This document shows positions 37,553 to 47,691 of a stretch of DNA of 64,000 nucleotides, piece by piece. This DNA is from a virus, in IMG/VR virus record IMGVR_UViG_3300009408_000002, positions 1-64,000 of that record; one strand, 5' to 3'. The translations under genes were made by a program, and so were the position numbers. The notes beneath the pieces are model-generated. The model had not been told where the DNA came from. It saw nothing but the letters and a program-made list of their open reading frames with translations, and did no database searches. Position 1 is the first letter of the stretch. Each line of letters starts with the position of its first letter.

Positions 37553-39735
37553 TGCCCGGTGGGTCAATAAAGGGCGATGCAGCGGTTGTCCCGATCGACA
37601 AGGCAGACTGCAGGATTCCGTTCGATCTCCCAGAAGTCCGCATCTCAAAGGGTGAGACATCAACCAGCGTTTCTGCGGCGCGGGTAATCAAGGTCGAGTG
37701 GAACAGGAATTCCCAGTTCTCGAAAGCCGTGCTCCGCTGGGATGTCGGGCGATTCGGATCATCCGTCCACGCAGAAGAAGACGACGAAGTTGTAATAACA
37801 GTCGGCGGCGCTGAAAAGAAGTTCACCATCTTTCGAGGCGTCATCAAATCCATCTCGCATCGGATGTCTCAGCCCAGTACGGAGTTCGTTGAGGCAATCG
37901 CCGTAGACCTGAAGTACCACTTATTCAAGGAGGTGATCTTCGGTCAAATCGGGACGGGGGTGACGGCAACCGGGAAGGATTCGGAAGTCGAGGACTTCTT
38001 TACTGGGCTTCCCACGCACTTCAATCCTCGCGACGGGCAGAAGGGGAAGACGAATAAAGATACAGGGAACCAGAAAGGTAAGGGTTCTCTGCTATTCGGC
38101 GGAAATACCAAGGATCCATGGACAGCCAAGGATGGGGTGTCGTATATCAAGAAGTTCGTCTCCAAGCACCCGATGGGGATCGCGTCCGCGATTGCTGGCA
38201 AGGACATCGATTTCGGAGACCTGACAGATCTCGCAGACATTCGCATGGGTGACATGAATGTCAACGGCAACAACTGTCTAGCTGCACTGACGACAATCAC
38301 TCGCAAGGCTGGCGTCTCCTACTGGTACAACCCCGAGACAAAACTCCTGGAGTTCTGGCGCAATCGTAAAGGGCGAAAACTCAAGAAGCTGGTGTTTGCA
38401 TCTGTGCCAGACGGACTGTCGCCTGGAGTGGCAGTGACCCTGAAGTCAATCCTCATCGACCCCTGGAACATCACGGCTGCCGACGTGAATTTCGATTTTC
38501 TCAACACCTACAAGTCATTCGTGGGGGCGACAGAGCGTTGCATAATCCAATCCTTCTTCCCGTTGCGTAAGGGCTGGGCCGATGCATTCCAGAAAGAAAT
38601 CCTGGACCTGGCCGGAAAGTTTCCGTCGCTCAGGAGGGCGGATGGAACGACGAAGTTGTTCCCAAAGGTAGACAAGAAGTTTCTCAAATTCTTCAATGCA
38701 GAAGGCAAAATTCTGAGCATGCTTGTCCCGGATGATCAGCACGATGAGTTTGCCAGGACATTCGGTCGCCTGTGGGTGACCGACGAAGCGGGCAAACTGA
38801 AAGATCTTAGCGGAAATCCGAGGGGACCATATCCTTATGCATTGCTGGGGCTCAGCAAAATTGATGGACGCAGCTACATGATCAAGGAGCGGCCATTCAT
38901 GGCCAGACTCCTCGATCTTGACGCATCGGGTGAACCACTCAAGCCAATGCCTGGGTTCGCAAAGTTCGCTCCGGGGGTTCGAGGAAGGGATGCGGCTGAT
39001 CAGATTGCAAAGAAGAACGTGCCACTGCAGCAGCGTAGCGGAATATTTGTTGGGCTGTCGGAGACCGGAAAGTTTCCGTTCTCCGTGAAGGGCGGGAAGG
39101 TCAGGATTCTCAAGAAGATCGGAGGTCTTTCGATTGATGGGGGTCAGCTTCACTGGCGAGTGTTCTCTTTTACTCCGGGCGATTCAAAAGGCAAGCCGCC
39201 AACGATGACCGCTTTTCCTCCCGTAATCATCGCTGCAATCCAGCACGACCAAGCCAAGCTAGTGAAGTTGCCAGGCGCAGCCTTGCCGTTCCCCAGAAGA
39301 TTCTTCGATGGCAACCGTTTCAAGTTCAGGAAGAAGCTGGTTTCAGGAAAGGTTCCAGGAGGCAAGAAGGCACTCGATGCGAGAGAGACCGCATATTCGA
39401 AAACAGTTCACCCTCCAGGAAAGGGAGAGGGAACAGCGAAGGCGTTCAGCATCGACGATGTGATCGAGGAACCAGTTGACGAATCCCCTGCGATGGCAGA
39501 GAAGATGACCGCCCTGTTGGCTGACAACGCAAAGCCAGCCGTCAGGGGCAGCTTTACGATCCCGGTCATCACCACGGTGTATCAGCCGGGCGACAGAATT
39601 ACTGGTGTTGAAGGTCGCCTGCCTAATGCGCTCCTGGGATTCCGTGGCACTGTCGTATCTGTCACATTCGACTTCGTTGCGATGACCACCCAGTTCTCGG
39701 TCGAGTCTGAATCCTTCAAGTCTGGAGGCGTATAA
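37552..39735 (+). CDS. tail tip / baseplate hub-like protein
   Basis: 727 aa; IFRGVIKSISH, GSFTIP...YQPGDRI..V.SVTFDF. Confidence 0.65.
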   Translation: MPGGSIKGDAAVVPIDKADCRIPFDLPEVRISKGETSTSVSAARVIKVEWNRNSQFSKAVLRWDVGRFGSSVHAEEDDEVVITVGGAEKKFTIFRGVIKSISHRMSQPSTEFVEAIAVDLKYHLFKEVIFGQIGTGVTATGKDSEVEDFFTGLPTHFNPRDGQKGKTNKDTGNQKGKGSLLFGGNTKDPWTAKDGVSYIKKFVSKHPMGIASAIAGKDIDFGDLTDLADIRMGDMNVNGNNCLAALTTITRKAGVSYWYNPETKLLEFWRNRKGRKLKKLVFASVPDGLSPGVAVTLKSILIDPWNITAADVNFDFLNTYKSFVGATERCIIQSFFPLRKGWADAFQKEILDLAGKFPSLRRADGTTKLFPKVDKKFLKFFNAEGKILSMLVPDDQHDEFARTFGRLWVTDEAGKLKDLSGNPRGPYPYALLGLSKIDGRSYMIKERPFMARLLDLDASGEPLKPMPGFAKFAPGVRGRDAADQIAKKNVPLQQRSGIFVGLSETGKFPFSVKGGKVRILKKIGGLSIDGGQLHWRVFSFTPGDSKGKPPTMTAFPPVIIAAIQHDQAKLVKLPGAALPFPRRFFDGNRFKFRKKLVSGKVPGGKKALDARETAYSKTVHPPGKGEGTAKAFSIDDVIEEPVDESPAMAEKMTALLADNAKPAVRGSFTIPVITTVYQPGDRITGVEGRLPNALLGFRGTVVSVTFDFVAMTTQFSVESESFKSGGV

Positions 39736-39956
39736 TGGTTGACCTGAACACGCTGGCTGATCTCATGGATGAGATCACAGAACTCAGAATGGAGGACAGT
39801 GCTGACGGGTTGCATCGTACCTTCATTCAGATCGATTGGTTTGACTGGCAGCCCCAGCCGGACCCGACTGCAGTCGCATTGCTTGCGCTGTCCTTCTCCG
39901 ACAAGACACCAGAGGAGCTAGAAGTGCCGGTTCCGCCTCCCGTCGTGATAGCTTAG
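39735..39956 (+). CDS. hypothetical protein
   Basis: GGAGG RBS; TAATG coupling. Confidence 0.5.
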   Translation: MVDLNTLADLMDEITELRMEDSADGLHRTFIQIDWFDWQPQPDPTAVALLALSFSDKTPEELEVPVPPPVVIA

Positions 39957-39958
39957 CT

Positions 39959-40996
39959 ATGGGTCTCTACGAAACAGAGTTCATGAATTCGATCATGTCT
40001 AACTATGGTCGGGCTCATGACTTGTTCCAGCTCAGGGACACGTCGATCAAAATTACGACCGACTCCAACCAGGTGCCGGACCTGGACCTTTCCCTGGCCG
40101 AGTCCGAACTTGAGCGAGTCTTCCGCCTGTGTCTGTCGCTGGATCATGGGTATGTGACGATGGTATCTCATGATCCTCGCATGTCAGGACGGCCAGTTCC
40201 GTTTGTCAAAGAGACAGAGCTTCGTCCCTCGCCGGCGTTGCCAGAAGAAACCAACATGTCCTACCTGGGATCTGTTGGAAAGCTAAGCGATGCGTTTCAC
40301 ATCTCGGTCAGCGAGGGCGAGATCATCGATCCTGCCGCCACTAAAGGCGACGGCACCCCGTTGGCCATCAAGAGCTTTGGCGACAGGTTTGGGGAATCAC
40401 CCGATCCATCCGGTGAAGAATCCGTCAGGCCGAAGCTACTATTCGGCAGGATGGAACTCCGCATAGGTGTGCATTTCTATGCCGACGACAGGCTCAGCGG
40501 CCCGCTGCTCTTCACAAGGAACAAGTGGCCACTAGACATCGATACAAAGTCGATCCCGACTGTCGAGACGCCCCGCCGACCCGTCAAAGACGAGACAACT
40601 TTTGACAAGACGATCGAGTTGAGGCCCGAGCTTCTTGTCGGCGACGTAAGAATGTCTCCAGACCTGAGAGCCTTCGGTCCAGTGGTCACCATTCAGCCAC
40701 AGCGCTGCCTACCTCTCCTGCCCGTTGTGGATGAGGGGGCTCGCGAGAAGTGTGATGGCATTGCCGATCCCGCAGGCACGAAGAAGAAGCGCGACTGCTT
40801 CACCGATTGTGTTTTCATTGAGTGTGATGAGCTGGCAGAGAAAAGCACAAACGAGAGAATCCTGATGATCTCTGATCGGATCAACTGTATCATGGAGAGC
40901 CTCGATACACTTTTCTGCCACATCGCACACATAGAACTATGCCTGGGGGATGCAGGAATCACATGCGACCTATGCAAGCCGAAGGCCGGGCCGTAA
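39959..40996 (+). CDS. hypothetical protein with Cys-rich C-terminus
   Basis: 345 aa ORF in the tail operon. Confidence 0.6.
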   Translation: MGLYETEFMNSIMSNYGRAHDLFQLRDTSIKITTDSNQVPDLDLSLAESELERVFRLCLSLDHGYVTMVSHDPRMSGRPVPFVKETELRPSPALPEETNMSYLGSVGKLSDAFHISVSEGEIIDPAATKGDGTPLAIKSFGDRFGESPDPSGEESVRPKLLFGRMELRIGVHFYADDRLSGPLLFTRNKWPLDIDTKSIPTVETPRRPVKDETTFDKTIELRPELLVGDVRMSPDLRAFGPVVTIQPQRCLPLLPVVDEGAREKCDGIADPAGTKKKRDCFTDCVFIECDELAEKSTNERILMISDRINCIMESLDTLFCHIAHIELCLGDAGITCDLCKPKAGP

Positions 40997-41348
40997 ACTT
41001 CAATCTGGCCACGATGATTCAGGTGGTCTTAAGGGCGCACGAGATCTCCGAGTCGTCCTCCAGCCAGAGGCCGCTCTCGCCCCATGAGATAGCCGTGCTC
41101 GCAGAGCTTCGGTCCTTTATCTCCAGTGTCGAGAAGAAATCCCTGCGATCATGCTGGGATGGGTCGGCGTACTGCCGCTTCAATAATCGCGGCATCTGCT
41201 GCTTCGAGGTCGAGGATCTCCGGGCTGACTCCTCTCAGATTCTTTCGTGCAAGTGGCGTGGTGCCTCAGTCAAGAAGTGAGGCAAGAGAAAGAGACCGGC
41301 CTTGCGTGACTTGGCCATGTGCATGGGGGTGAAACTGGAGCCAGATGA

Positions 41349-41909
41349 ATGAAACAATTTTTGCTAATCCTGATCTCGTCCGTCTCGCTGACTGGCTGTG
41401 GAATCTTCCAGGCCCCGCCAGAGATCCAGGTCCTCCGACCGGTCGCGTCCTCGGAGATGAGGCAGTTCCAGCGGAAGATGGTGGGCATTGCCCGCTCGAC
41501 AACAAGGGCGTGGGCCAAGTCTGAATCGGCACGCATCAAGGCTGATCATTGGTGGGCGTTGGCGCGTTTCGCCGCTGCATCACCGAAGAAGTTCACGCCC
41601 TTGTATGTGCGCGCACAGACAGCCATCTTGATCACCAAGCTTTACGAGATAGATCAATCAGCAAGGGACGTTGACGAAGCGCTCATGCGCGCAGATGTCC
41701 ATCTCGACAGGGCGCTCAAGATCCTAGAGATGTTTGATGACTGGATGTCAACCGGGCTGACGAAGAGCGATGCGGAATCTATCAAGCGGTTCTTCGAGGA
41801 GTCGTCTCAGAAGTGGATAAAGGCCGAAAAGAACAAGTTGATCAAAGATCTTGAAGCAAAAGTCAGCAGGCTAGAGCGGACAACGGAGAAGATCGATGCC
41901 AACAAGTAA
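41349..41909 (+). CDS. lipoprotein (helical)
   Basis: signal peptide with lipobox LTG|C. Confidence 0.7.
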   Translation: MKQFLLILISSVSLTGCGIFQAPPEIQVLRPVASSEMRQFQRKMVGIARSTTRAWAKSESARIKADHWWALARFAAASPKKFTPLYVRAQTAILITKLYEIDQSARDVDEALMRADVHLDRALKILEMFDDWMSTGLTKSDAESIKRFFEESSQKWIKAEKNKLIKDLEAKVSRLERTTEKIDANK

Positions 41910-42228
41910 GACCGAAGACCAGTTGAGAGCGATCCTCAAGGCAGAAGGCTTGACCGACGAAGAGATCGCCAAACTAGGCAATGACGACGAAACATGGGCG
42001 AGCCTCAAGGAGCAGCAGGCCAAGAAGGTGATGAGCATTGAGATTGAGATCCCTGCCGGAACAGACAGGGAGATCTCAGCTCAGGAATTCGAAGACCTCA
42101 TGCACGATGCAGCAAGCGCCGTATCGACAAAGATGTGGCTCTCAACAGCCCTGAGCTTTGCGGGAACAGCCCTCAAGGTTGCCATGCAAAAGATGATCCA
42201 GTCGCAGACAGGTGGAATTGTAGGTTGA
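41896..42228 (+). CDS. hypothetical protein
   Basis: GGAG RBS; overlaps the lipoprotein gene. Confidence 0.6.
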   Translation: MPTSKTEDQLRAILKAEGLTDEEIAKLGNDDETWASLKEQQAKKVMSIEIEIPAGTDREISAQEFEDLMHDAASAVSTKMWLSTALSFAGTALKVAMQKMIQSQTGGIVG

Positions 42229-42315
42229 TGTTTCTGTGATGTCATGGTAGAAGCAGACGTGAAGATCAAGCAGCCCAACCGCTAGCTTCCCTAGCACCTC
42301 CCTTGCATCAGGCTA

Positions 42316-42360
42316 GACGGCCCGCAGACTCCAGCTCTGCGGGCCGTCCGTCTTTTACTT
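42316..42360 (+). terminator. rho-independent terminator ending the late operon
   Basis: perfect 13-bp stem GACGGCCCGCAGA/TCTGCGGGCCGTC followed by T-rich sequence. Confidence 0.7.
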
Positions 42361-42386
42361 GACTTTGTTTTTCTTGCATGTATCAT
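42359..42386 (+). promoter_or_regulatory. candidate promoter TTGACT-N16-TATCAT for the recombination/replication operon
   Basis: intergenic; spacer contains TTTTCTTGCA. Confidence 0.5.
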
Positions 42387-42456
42387 ACCTAAGCCTTGCC
42401 TGGTCTTGATGCGACCACGCAAGACAAGCAAGAATGCAATGGGAGCTTTCGCTAAC

Positions 42457-43356
42457 ATGGAACCCGTGACTGATCGGAGCACGGGTCTCGGAGGGACCGA
42501 TCTCGCCGCCATTCTCGGCGTCCATCCTTACGTTACGCCCATGGAAGTATGGGCCAGAAAACGTGGACTCATGGACGACATCGAGATGAACGACCCCATG
42601 TACTGGGGCCTTCAGCTTGAGCCCGTCATAGCCGAGGAATATGCTTTCAGGTCTGGAGCGAAGCTCATTGACCTAAAAGATGTGACAGGCGGCTCAACAG
42701 CGTTCAGGCACCCGAAGAATGATTTCATGTTTGGTTCTCCAGATAGGCTGGTGCCGCAAGACAGGAAGGTGCTTGAGGTCAAGACCGCTGGTCAGTTCCA
42801 GTCAAAGAACTGGGGCCATGAACTCGATGGTCCTGACGGAATCCCCGAACATTACGTCTTGCAGGTCAGATGGTATCTTGCGTTCCCCTGGTTTAATGAC
42901 GGCGCGTCTCTCCCTTTGTCTGCAGATCTTGCGGTGCTGATTGGTGGGAGGGATTTTCGGTGCTATGAGATTGCAAGAAATGAGCAGATCGAGTCAGAAT
43001 TGATCGAGACCGCAAGAGTTTTTTGGAGCAATCATATCGTAACGGGGATCCCCCCCGAAGAATCATCCGATCCATCAGACAGGGACATCCTGTCGAAGCA
43101 TTACAGTGAAGATGCAAGCGACATGATTGTCGCCACGCCAGAGATCGAGAAGATCATCGGGAAGCTTGTCTTCTTCAAGTCAATAGGGGATTCTGCCCAG
43201 AAGATGATCGATGAGTGCAAGAACGCAATCTGTGCCTTCATCGGCTGCAGGACCGGTGTTGAGTCCCAGCATGGAACAATCTATTGGAAGGAGCGACCAT
43301 CTGGAAAGAGGTCGTTTATCTGTCGATTCATCAAGGAAAGGAAGGATCACGAATGA
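42457..43356 (+). CDS. YqaJ-like viral recombinase exonuclease
   Basis: R..GLGGTDLAAILG..PY.TP.EVW..K, WG..LEP.IA, SPDR, LEVKTA, HY..QV.WY. Confidence 0.92.
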   Translation: MEPVTDRSTGLGGTDLAAILGVHPYVTPMEVWARKRGLMDDIEMNDPMYWGLQLEPVIAEEYAFRSGAKLIDLKDVTGGSTAFRHPKNDFMFGSPDRLVPQDRKVLEVKTAGQFQSKNWGHELDGPDGIPEHYVLQVRWYLAFPWFNDGASLPLSADLAVLIGGRDFRCYEIARNEQIESELIETARVFWSNHIVTGIPPEESSDPSDRDILSKHYSEDASDMIVATPEIEKIIGKLVFFKSIGDSAQKMIDECKNAICAFIGCRTGVESQHGTIYWKERPSGKRSFICRFIKERKDHE

Positions 43357-44609
43357 GTACAGCAGCGCCAGCACAGACAGCGGTCACGCCGTACCAGAAG
43401 CGAGTCACAACGCTGAGAGGGGTTCTGGAGAGCAGTCAGCAGGCCATGGCTGCAATTGCGCCAACAGGATGGGATGTAGTGCGCGCCGCACGCATTGCGC
43501 TCTCTGAAGTGAAGAAGAACCCCAAGCTCCTGGAATGCGACCCCTATTCGATTGTCAAGTCGGTCAGCCTAGCCAATCAGCTTGGCCTGGAGGTCGGGAA
43601 TGGGCTGGGTCAATTCCATCTTGTTCCGTTCAGGGATAAGCGGCGCGGCATGATCTGCCAGCACATCATTGGATACAAGGGGCTGATTGAGCTTGCGCTT
43701 AGGCACGACCTTGTATCCGGGATGGACTTTGGTGCAATCTACTCTCACGATCACTTCATGCACAGGGCAGGAACCGATCCGGTCCTGGAACACACCCGCT
43801 GGCTCCCCATGGGCCAGACCAAGCACGAAGACCGTGGAGGCTTCGTCGGGGTGTATGCACTTGCCCACATGAAGGATGGACCAATCATCTTCGATATCAT
43901 GGATCTCGGAGAGGTGAATTCCATCAGGAAGCGTTCGAGGGCGCGTGACGATGGCCCATGGAAAACAGATTACGAGGCCATGGCAATCAAGACGGTCGTG
44001 CGCCGGATGTGCAACCGCAAACTGCCCAAGTCTACCGGCCTCTCAATTGCGTTGTCGTCAGAGGTTGTTGATGATGCAGCTATCGAAGTCATTGACAGGT
44101 CAGCGATTCTTGCTGACGATTTTGCTATTCCTGATGATAGCGATCGGCCCGCTGAGATCGTCAAGATCGATAAGCCAAAAACAGTTTCCGTCGATTCGCC
44201 AGTCGGATTCGGAAAACATGCCGACAAAACCTGGCTCGAAGTCGCCAGGATCGACAGGGAGTGGCTCAAGCGGTATGTCATCGATTCAGACAAGAGGACG
44301 GAGCCCGAGAAGAAGGCCGCCAGGATCGCCATTCAGGCTGCAGAGGTGGCCCCAAAGAAGCAGCAGCCATCCGCAACCATCGACGATGAATCCGAGCGCC
44401 AGGGACTGCTTGACTCGATCAATGAAATGCAGGCGATGGTCGGAATTGGCGACGATGCCCTGAGGCAAATCGCAGAGAGCCAGATCGGTGACGATGTTCT
44501 CCAATCGGCGAAGCATCTCACGGACGACCTGTTCTGGGCGGAAGCATCAATCGATTCGCTGAAGGCGACACTCATTAATCTCAGGGAGGAGATGGACAGG
44601 CAAGCGTAG
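43353..44609 (+). CDS. recT: RecT-family single-strand annealing protein with C-terminal extension
   Basis: NPKLLECDP.SI, LVPF, IIGYKGLIELA.R, GPWKTDYEAMAIKTVVRR. Confidence 0.92.
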   Translation: MSTAAPAQTAVTPYQKRVTTLRGVLESSQQAMAAIAPTGWDVVRAARIALSEVKKNPKLLECDPYSIVKSVSLANQLGLEVGNGLGQFHLVPFRDKRRGMICQHIIGYKGLIELALRHDLVSGMDFGAIYSHDHFMHRAGTDPVLEHTRWLPMGQTKHEDRGGFVGVYALAHMKDGPIIFDIMDLGEVNSIRKRSRARDDGPWKTDYEAMAIKTVVRRMCNRKLPKSTGLSIALSSEVVDDAAIEVIDRSAILADDFAIPDDSDRPAEIVKIDKPKTVSVDSPVGFGKHADKTWLEVARIDREWLKRYVIDSDKRTEPEKKAARIAIQAAEVAPKKQQPSATIDDESERQGLLDSINEMQAMVGIGDDALRQIAESQIGDDVLQSAKHLTDDLFWAEASIDSLKATLINLREEMDRQA

Positions 44610-44648
44610 GCTGACCCCGACCTCGGACAACACCTAGCTGGAGGTCGA

Positions 44649-47111
44649 ATGCTGACGCCCGACCACGTACTACCACTTCTCAAGGGCGTCGTGAAATCGG
44701 GAGAGGGCTGGAAGGCCCTCTGCCCGTTTCACGACGATGATAAGCCGTCGCTATCAATCAAGGAGGGCAGTGACGGCAGGGTTCTTCTTCACTGCTTCAC
44801 TGGCTGTTCGTTCACCCAGATTCTTAGCGCACTTGGCCTGAAGCTACCCAAGCAGGGGTCAGGCGGATTTCTTGCAACCTATGATTATGTAGACCAAGAC
44901 GGAAAGCTTCTGTTCCAGGTCTGCAGGACCGTAGACAAGAAATTCTTTCAGCGCAGGAAAGATGAATACGGCGACATTATCTGGGGATTGGCAGCCGGCT
45001 TCTACCAGAAAAACAAGAGTGGCAACTGGGTTCGGATTTCCCCAAAAGAAGCCAAGGACAATCCTGCCGCCAAGGAGTTTCCTGAATGCGAAAAGCATCT
45101 CTATCGGCTCCCCGACATTCTTCATGGCATAGCAGACCAGCAGACCGTCTTCCTGGTTGAAGGCGAAAAGGATGCTGATCGGCTGGCGTCTGCCGGCCTG
45201 ATCGCAACATGCAACCCTGGCGGCGCAACTGGCGGCAAGCCGGGCGAGAAATGGATTAGCAAATACACCAACGTCCTTGTGAAGGCCAAGGAAGTTATTG
45301 TCATCCCAGACAATGATGATGTGGGCAAGGAGTTCGCCCTTAGGGTGTCTAGGATAATCTGCAAGGCGGGCGGCAACTCCAAGATCCTCTCTCTCCCGTC
45401 TCTTCCGCCGAAAGGTGACGTGTCCGATTGGCTGAAATCACCAGACAACTCTGTGACAGATCTGACAGAGCTTGCTGCATTCGCCTCAAAGCCTCCGCTG
45501 CCCAAGGTGAACTCCGCATCCGACATCCCCTTGCTGATGACAGAAATGATCGAGAAGGGAGACTGGCTTCTAGCAATGGAGCTTTGCTTCTCGACAGAGG
45601 CGATGGACGCGCTGGCATCTATCGAGATCCCCGAGCTTGCAGTTCTCCGGTCACAGATCAAGCAGCTTCTCCCAAAGAAGATCAACCTCAAGGATCTCAA
45701 CGCGGCAATTTCTGTCGCTCGCAAGCGGATCAAGAAGAAGTCAGTTCAGGCAGACCTCGCCAGTGATCCGATCGGTGCATTCTTTGAAGCGACCGATAGC
45801 GGGGCGCAGCGGTTCGTTCCATCGAAACTGGGCAGATGGATTGCCCAATCGGGAGACTACCTGTTCGTTGCGGGCAAACTAAAGGTCTACAAGGATGGAT
45901 ACTATCAGGATGACGCAGGTCGCGTAGAGAAGCTGATCGTCGAGGCGCTTGGCGAGTCATGGGACATGTATCACTGTCGGCAAGTCATCACTTGGATGAA
46001 GCAGCAGTTCTTTATTGACGCAAAATCTCTCCCTGTCAATCACGGGCTCCTCTGCCTCAAAAACGGCGTTTATGACATCAAGACGTCGAAGCTATACAAG
46101 CACAACAAGAAGTATCGATTCTTGGTGCAGCACCCAATCAAATATGACCCCGATGCGAAGAGCGACTCTCTCGACAAGTTCGTGAACGATGTCTTCGAGT
46201 CGTCATGCATTCCTGTCATCTGGGAGTTCGCGGGCTATTGCCTCCTGCCTCAATCTGTCGAGATGAAGAAATTGATCATCCTGACGGGGCGGCGGAATAA
46301 CGGAAAGTCAACGTGGCTGTCCTTCCTGGAAAAGTGTCTCGGCGAGGAGAACTGCTCACACGAATCCCTGCAGTCACTCGCCGAGGACAAATATTCTGTG
46401 GCCGAGCTATTCGGGAAGGTCGCCAATATCGTCAGCGATCTTGATGCCAGCTTGGTCCGCAGGACAGATGTGATCAAGCAGTTGACCGGCGGTGATACAG
46501 TACGTGGAGAGCGGAAGTATCAGGACCCGTTCTATTTCCAGAATCGCGCTCGAATGATCTTCAGCGCCAATGAGCTGCCGTCTATCTCGGACTACAACGA
46601 GGCATTCTTTGATCGCCTTCTGATCGTTCACTGTCCTAACATCTTTGAGCTAGGGAAGAACGCTGATCCGTCCCTGGCTGCAAAGCTCAACACCGAGCAG
46701 TGCAAGAGCGCATGGCTCAATGGGGCGCTCCAGGGGGCCGTCAGGCTGCTTCAGAATCGATGCTTCTCGCAGAGCCCGGACATCGAGGCGATGATCGGTG
46801 CCTACATGAGGGAATGCGATTCCGTGACTGAGTTTATTCACGAATGCTGCATCCGTGAAGCAGAAGGCTTCACTCCCAAACGCGAGTTGTACAAGGCTTA
46901 TACAGATTGGTGTCGCCCTAACAACAGACCGGCTGTCAGTTCGATACGATTCAGCAAGCGTGTTCAACAGCGACCCAACAACCTAACGACTACCCGCAGG
47001 TTCGTAGCGGCTGACTCCAAACAAGTCTGGTCGTGGCTCGGAGTCAGGCTGTCGGGTAACATCACCCTTATTCGTCAAGAAGCACAAGAGCACTGGTATG
47101 ACAAAATCTGA
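44649..47111 (+). CDS. primase-helicase (CHC2 Zn finger + TOPRIM + D5/SF3 helicase)
   Basis: CPFHDD.KPSL..HCF.GC; VEGEKDAD, IPDNDDVG; G.RNNGKST, KQLTGGD, FSANELP. Confidence 0.92.
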   Translation: MLTPDHVLPLLKGVVKSGEGWKALCPFHDDDKPSLSIKEGSDGRVLLHCFTGCSFTQILSALGLKLPKQGSGGFLATYDYVDQDGKLLFQVCRTVDKKFFQRRKDEYGDIIWGLAAGFYQKNKSGNWVRISPKEAKDNPAAKEFPECEKHLYRLPDILHGIADQQTVFLVEGEKDADRLASAGLIATCNPGGATGGKPGEKWISKYTNVLVKAKEVIVIPDNDDVGKEFALRVSRIICKAGGNSKILSLPSLPPKGDVSDWLKSPDNSVTDLTELAAFASKPPLPKVNSASDIPLLMTEMIEKGDWLLAMELCFSTEAMDALASIEIPELAVLRSQIKQLLPKKINLKDLNAAISVARKRIKKKSVQADLASDPIGAFFEATDSGAQRFVPSKLGRWIAQSGDYLFVAGKLKVYKDGYYQDDAGRVEKLIVEALGESWDMYHCRQVITWMKQQFFIDAKSLPVNHGLLCLKNGVYDIKTSKLYKHNKKYRFLVQHPIKYDPDAKSDSLDKFVNDVFESSCIPVIWEFAGYCLLPQSVEMKKLIILTGRRNNGKSTWLSFLEKCLGEENCSHESLQSLAEDKYSVAELFGKVANIVSDLDASLVRRTDVIKQLTGGDTVRGERKYQDPFYFQNRARMIFSANELPSISDYNEAFFDRLLIVHCPNIFELGKNADPSLAAKLNTEQCKSAWLNGALQGAVRLLQNRCFSQSPDIEAMIGAYMRECDSVTEFIHECCIREAEGFTPKRELYKAYTDWCRPNNRPAVSSIRFSKRVQQRPNNLTTTRRFVAADSKQVWSWLGVRLSGNITLIRQEAQEHWYDKI

Positions 47112-47167
47112 CATCTTCTCAAGATCGCATGGCTCGACATGGGAGAAGCCCATCTTGTCTCATCGAC

Positions 47168-47651
47168 TATCCATGGATATCCAGGAAGAATCCAAGGTTT
47201 GCCTCGCAAAGTCAAAATGCAAGTGCTGCACGGGCGGCAGGTTGCGACCCGGAATCCAGAGAATCCAAACTATCCAGGGATACTCTTTAACTAGTATCTG
47301 TGTCAAACGAAAACGCCTCACAGAAAATGAATTCATCATCTCTTCTTTTTGTCGCGCACGCTTTAAGATGGTTAACCTGGATAGTTTGGATTCTCTGGAT
47401 AGCAAACAGAACGGCGCCTCTACTATCAAAATTATGCACTTCCACTATCCAGGGTCTGGATATAAGGGGTCAAAAGTCTGGATAGTAAGGGCCAGATTTA
47501 TAGATTGTAATCAAGATGTAAGTAGTTTGTGGATTTCTTGTTATGCTTTGCACCAGCAATAACCGGCAGTTTTCTCTGACGCAGTGCATTACTAGACAAT
47601 TATTCTAGATATCCCAGGGTCAGATAAGGCGGGTCACTTACAAAGTGACCC
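47168..47651. repeat. candidate replication origin: 25-bp perfect inverted repeat plus TATCCAG/CTGGATA iterons
   Basis: 47254-47278 is the reverse complement of 47376-47400; further copies near 47178, 47447-47462 and 47479; AT-richer region right after the primase. Confidence 0.65.
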
Positions 47652-47691
47652 TTATTCAGGTACATGTAAGGATCGAACGGCAGGAACAGGA

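Noticed and set aside
41349-42228. Spanin pair
   Set aside because: The lipoprotein is plausible, but gene order and topology do not match i-spanin/o-spanin and there is no adjacent endolysin
47098-47562. ORFs 47098+, 47160- and 47300+ with WIVWILWI / LDSLDSLD text
   Set aside because: These translations arise from the inverted-repeat/iteron array; the region is better explained as non-coding origin DNA
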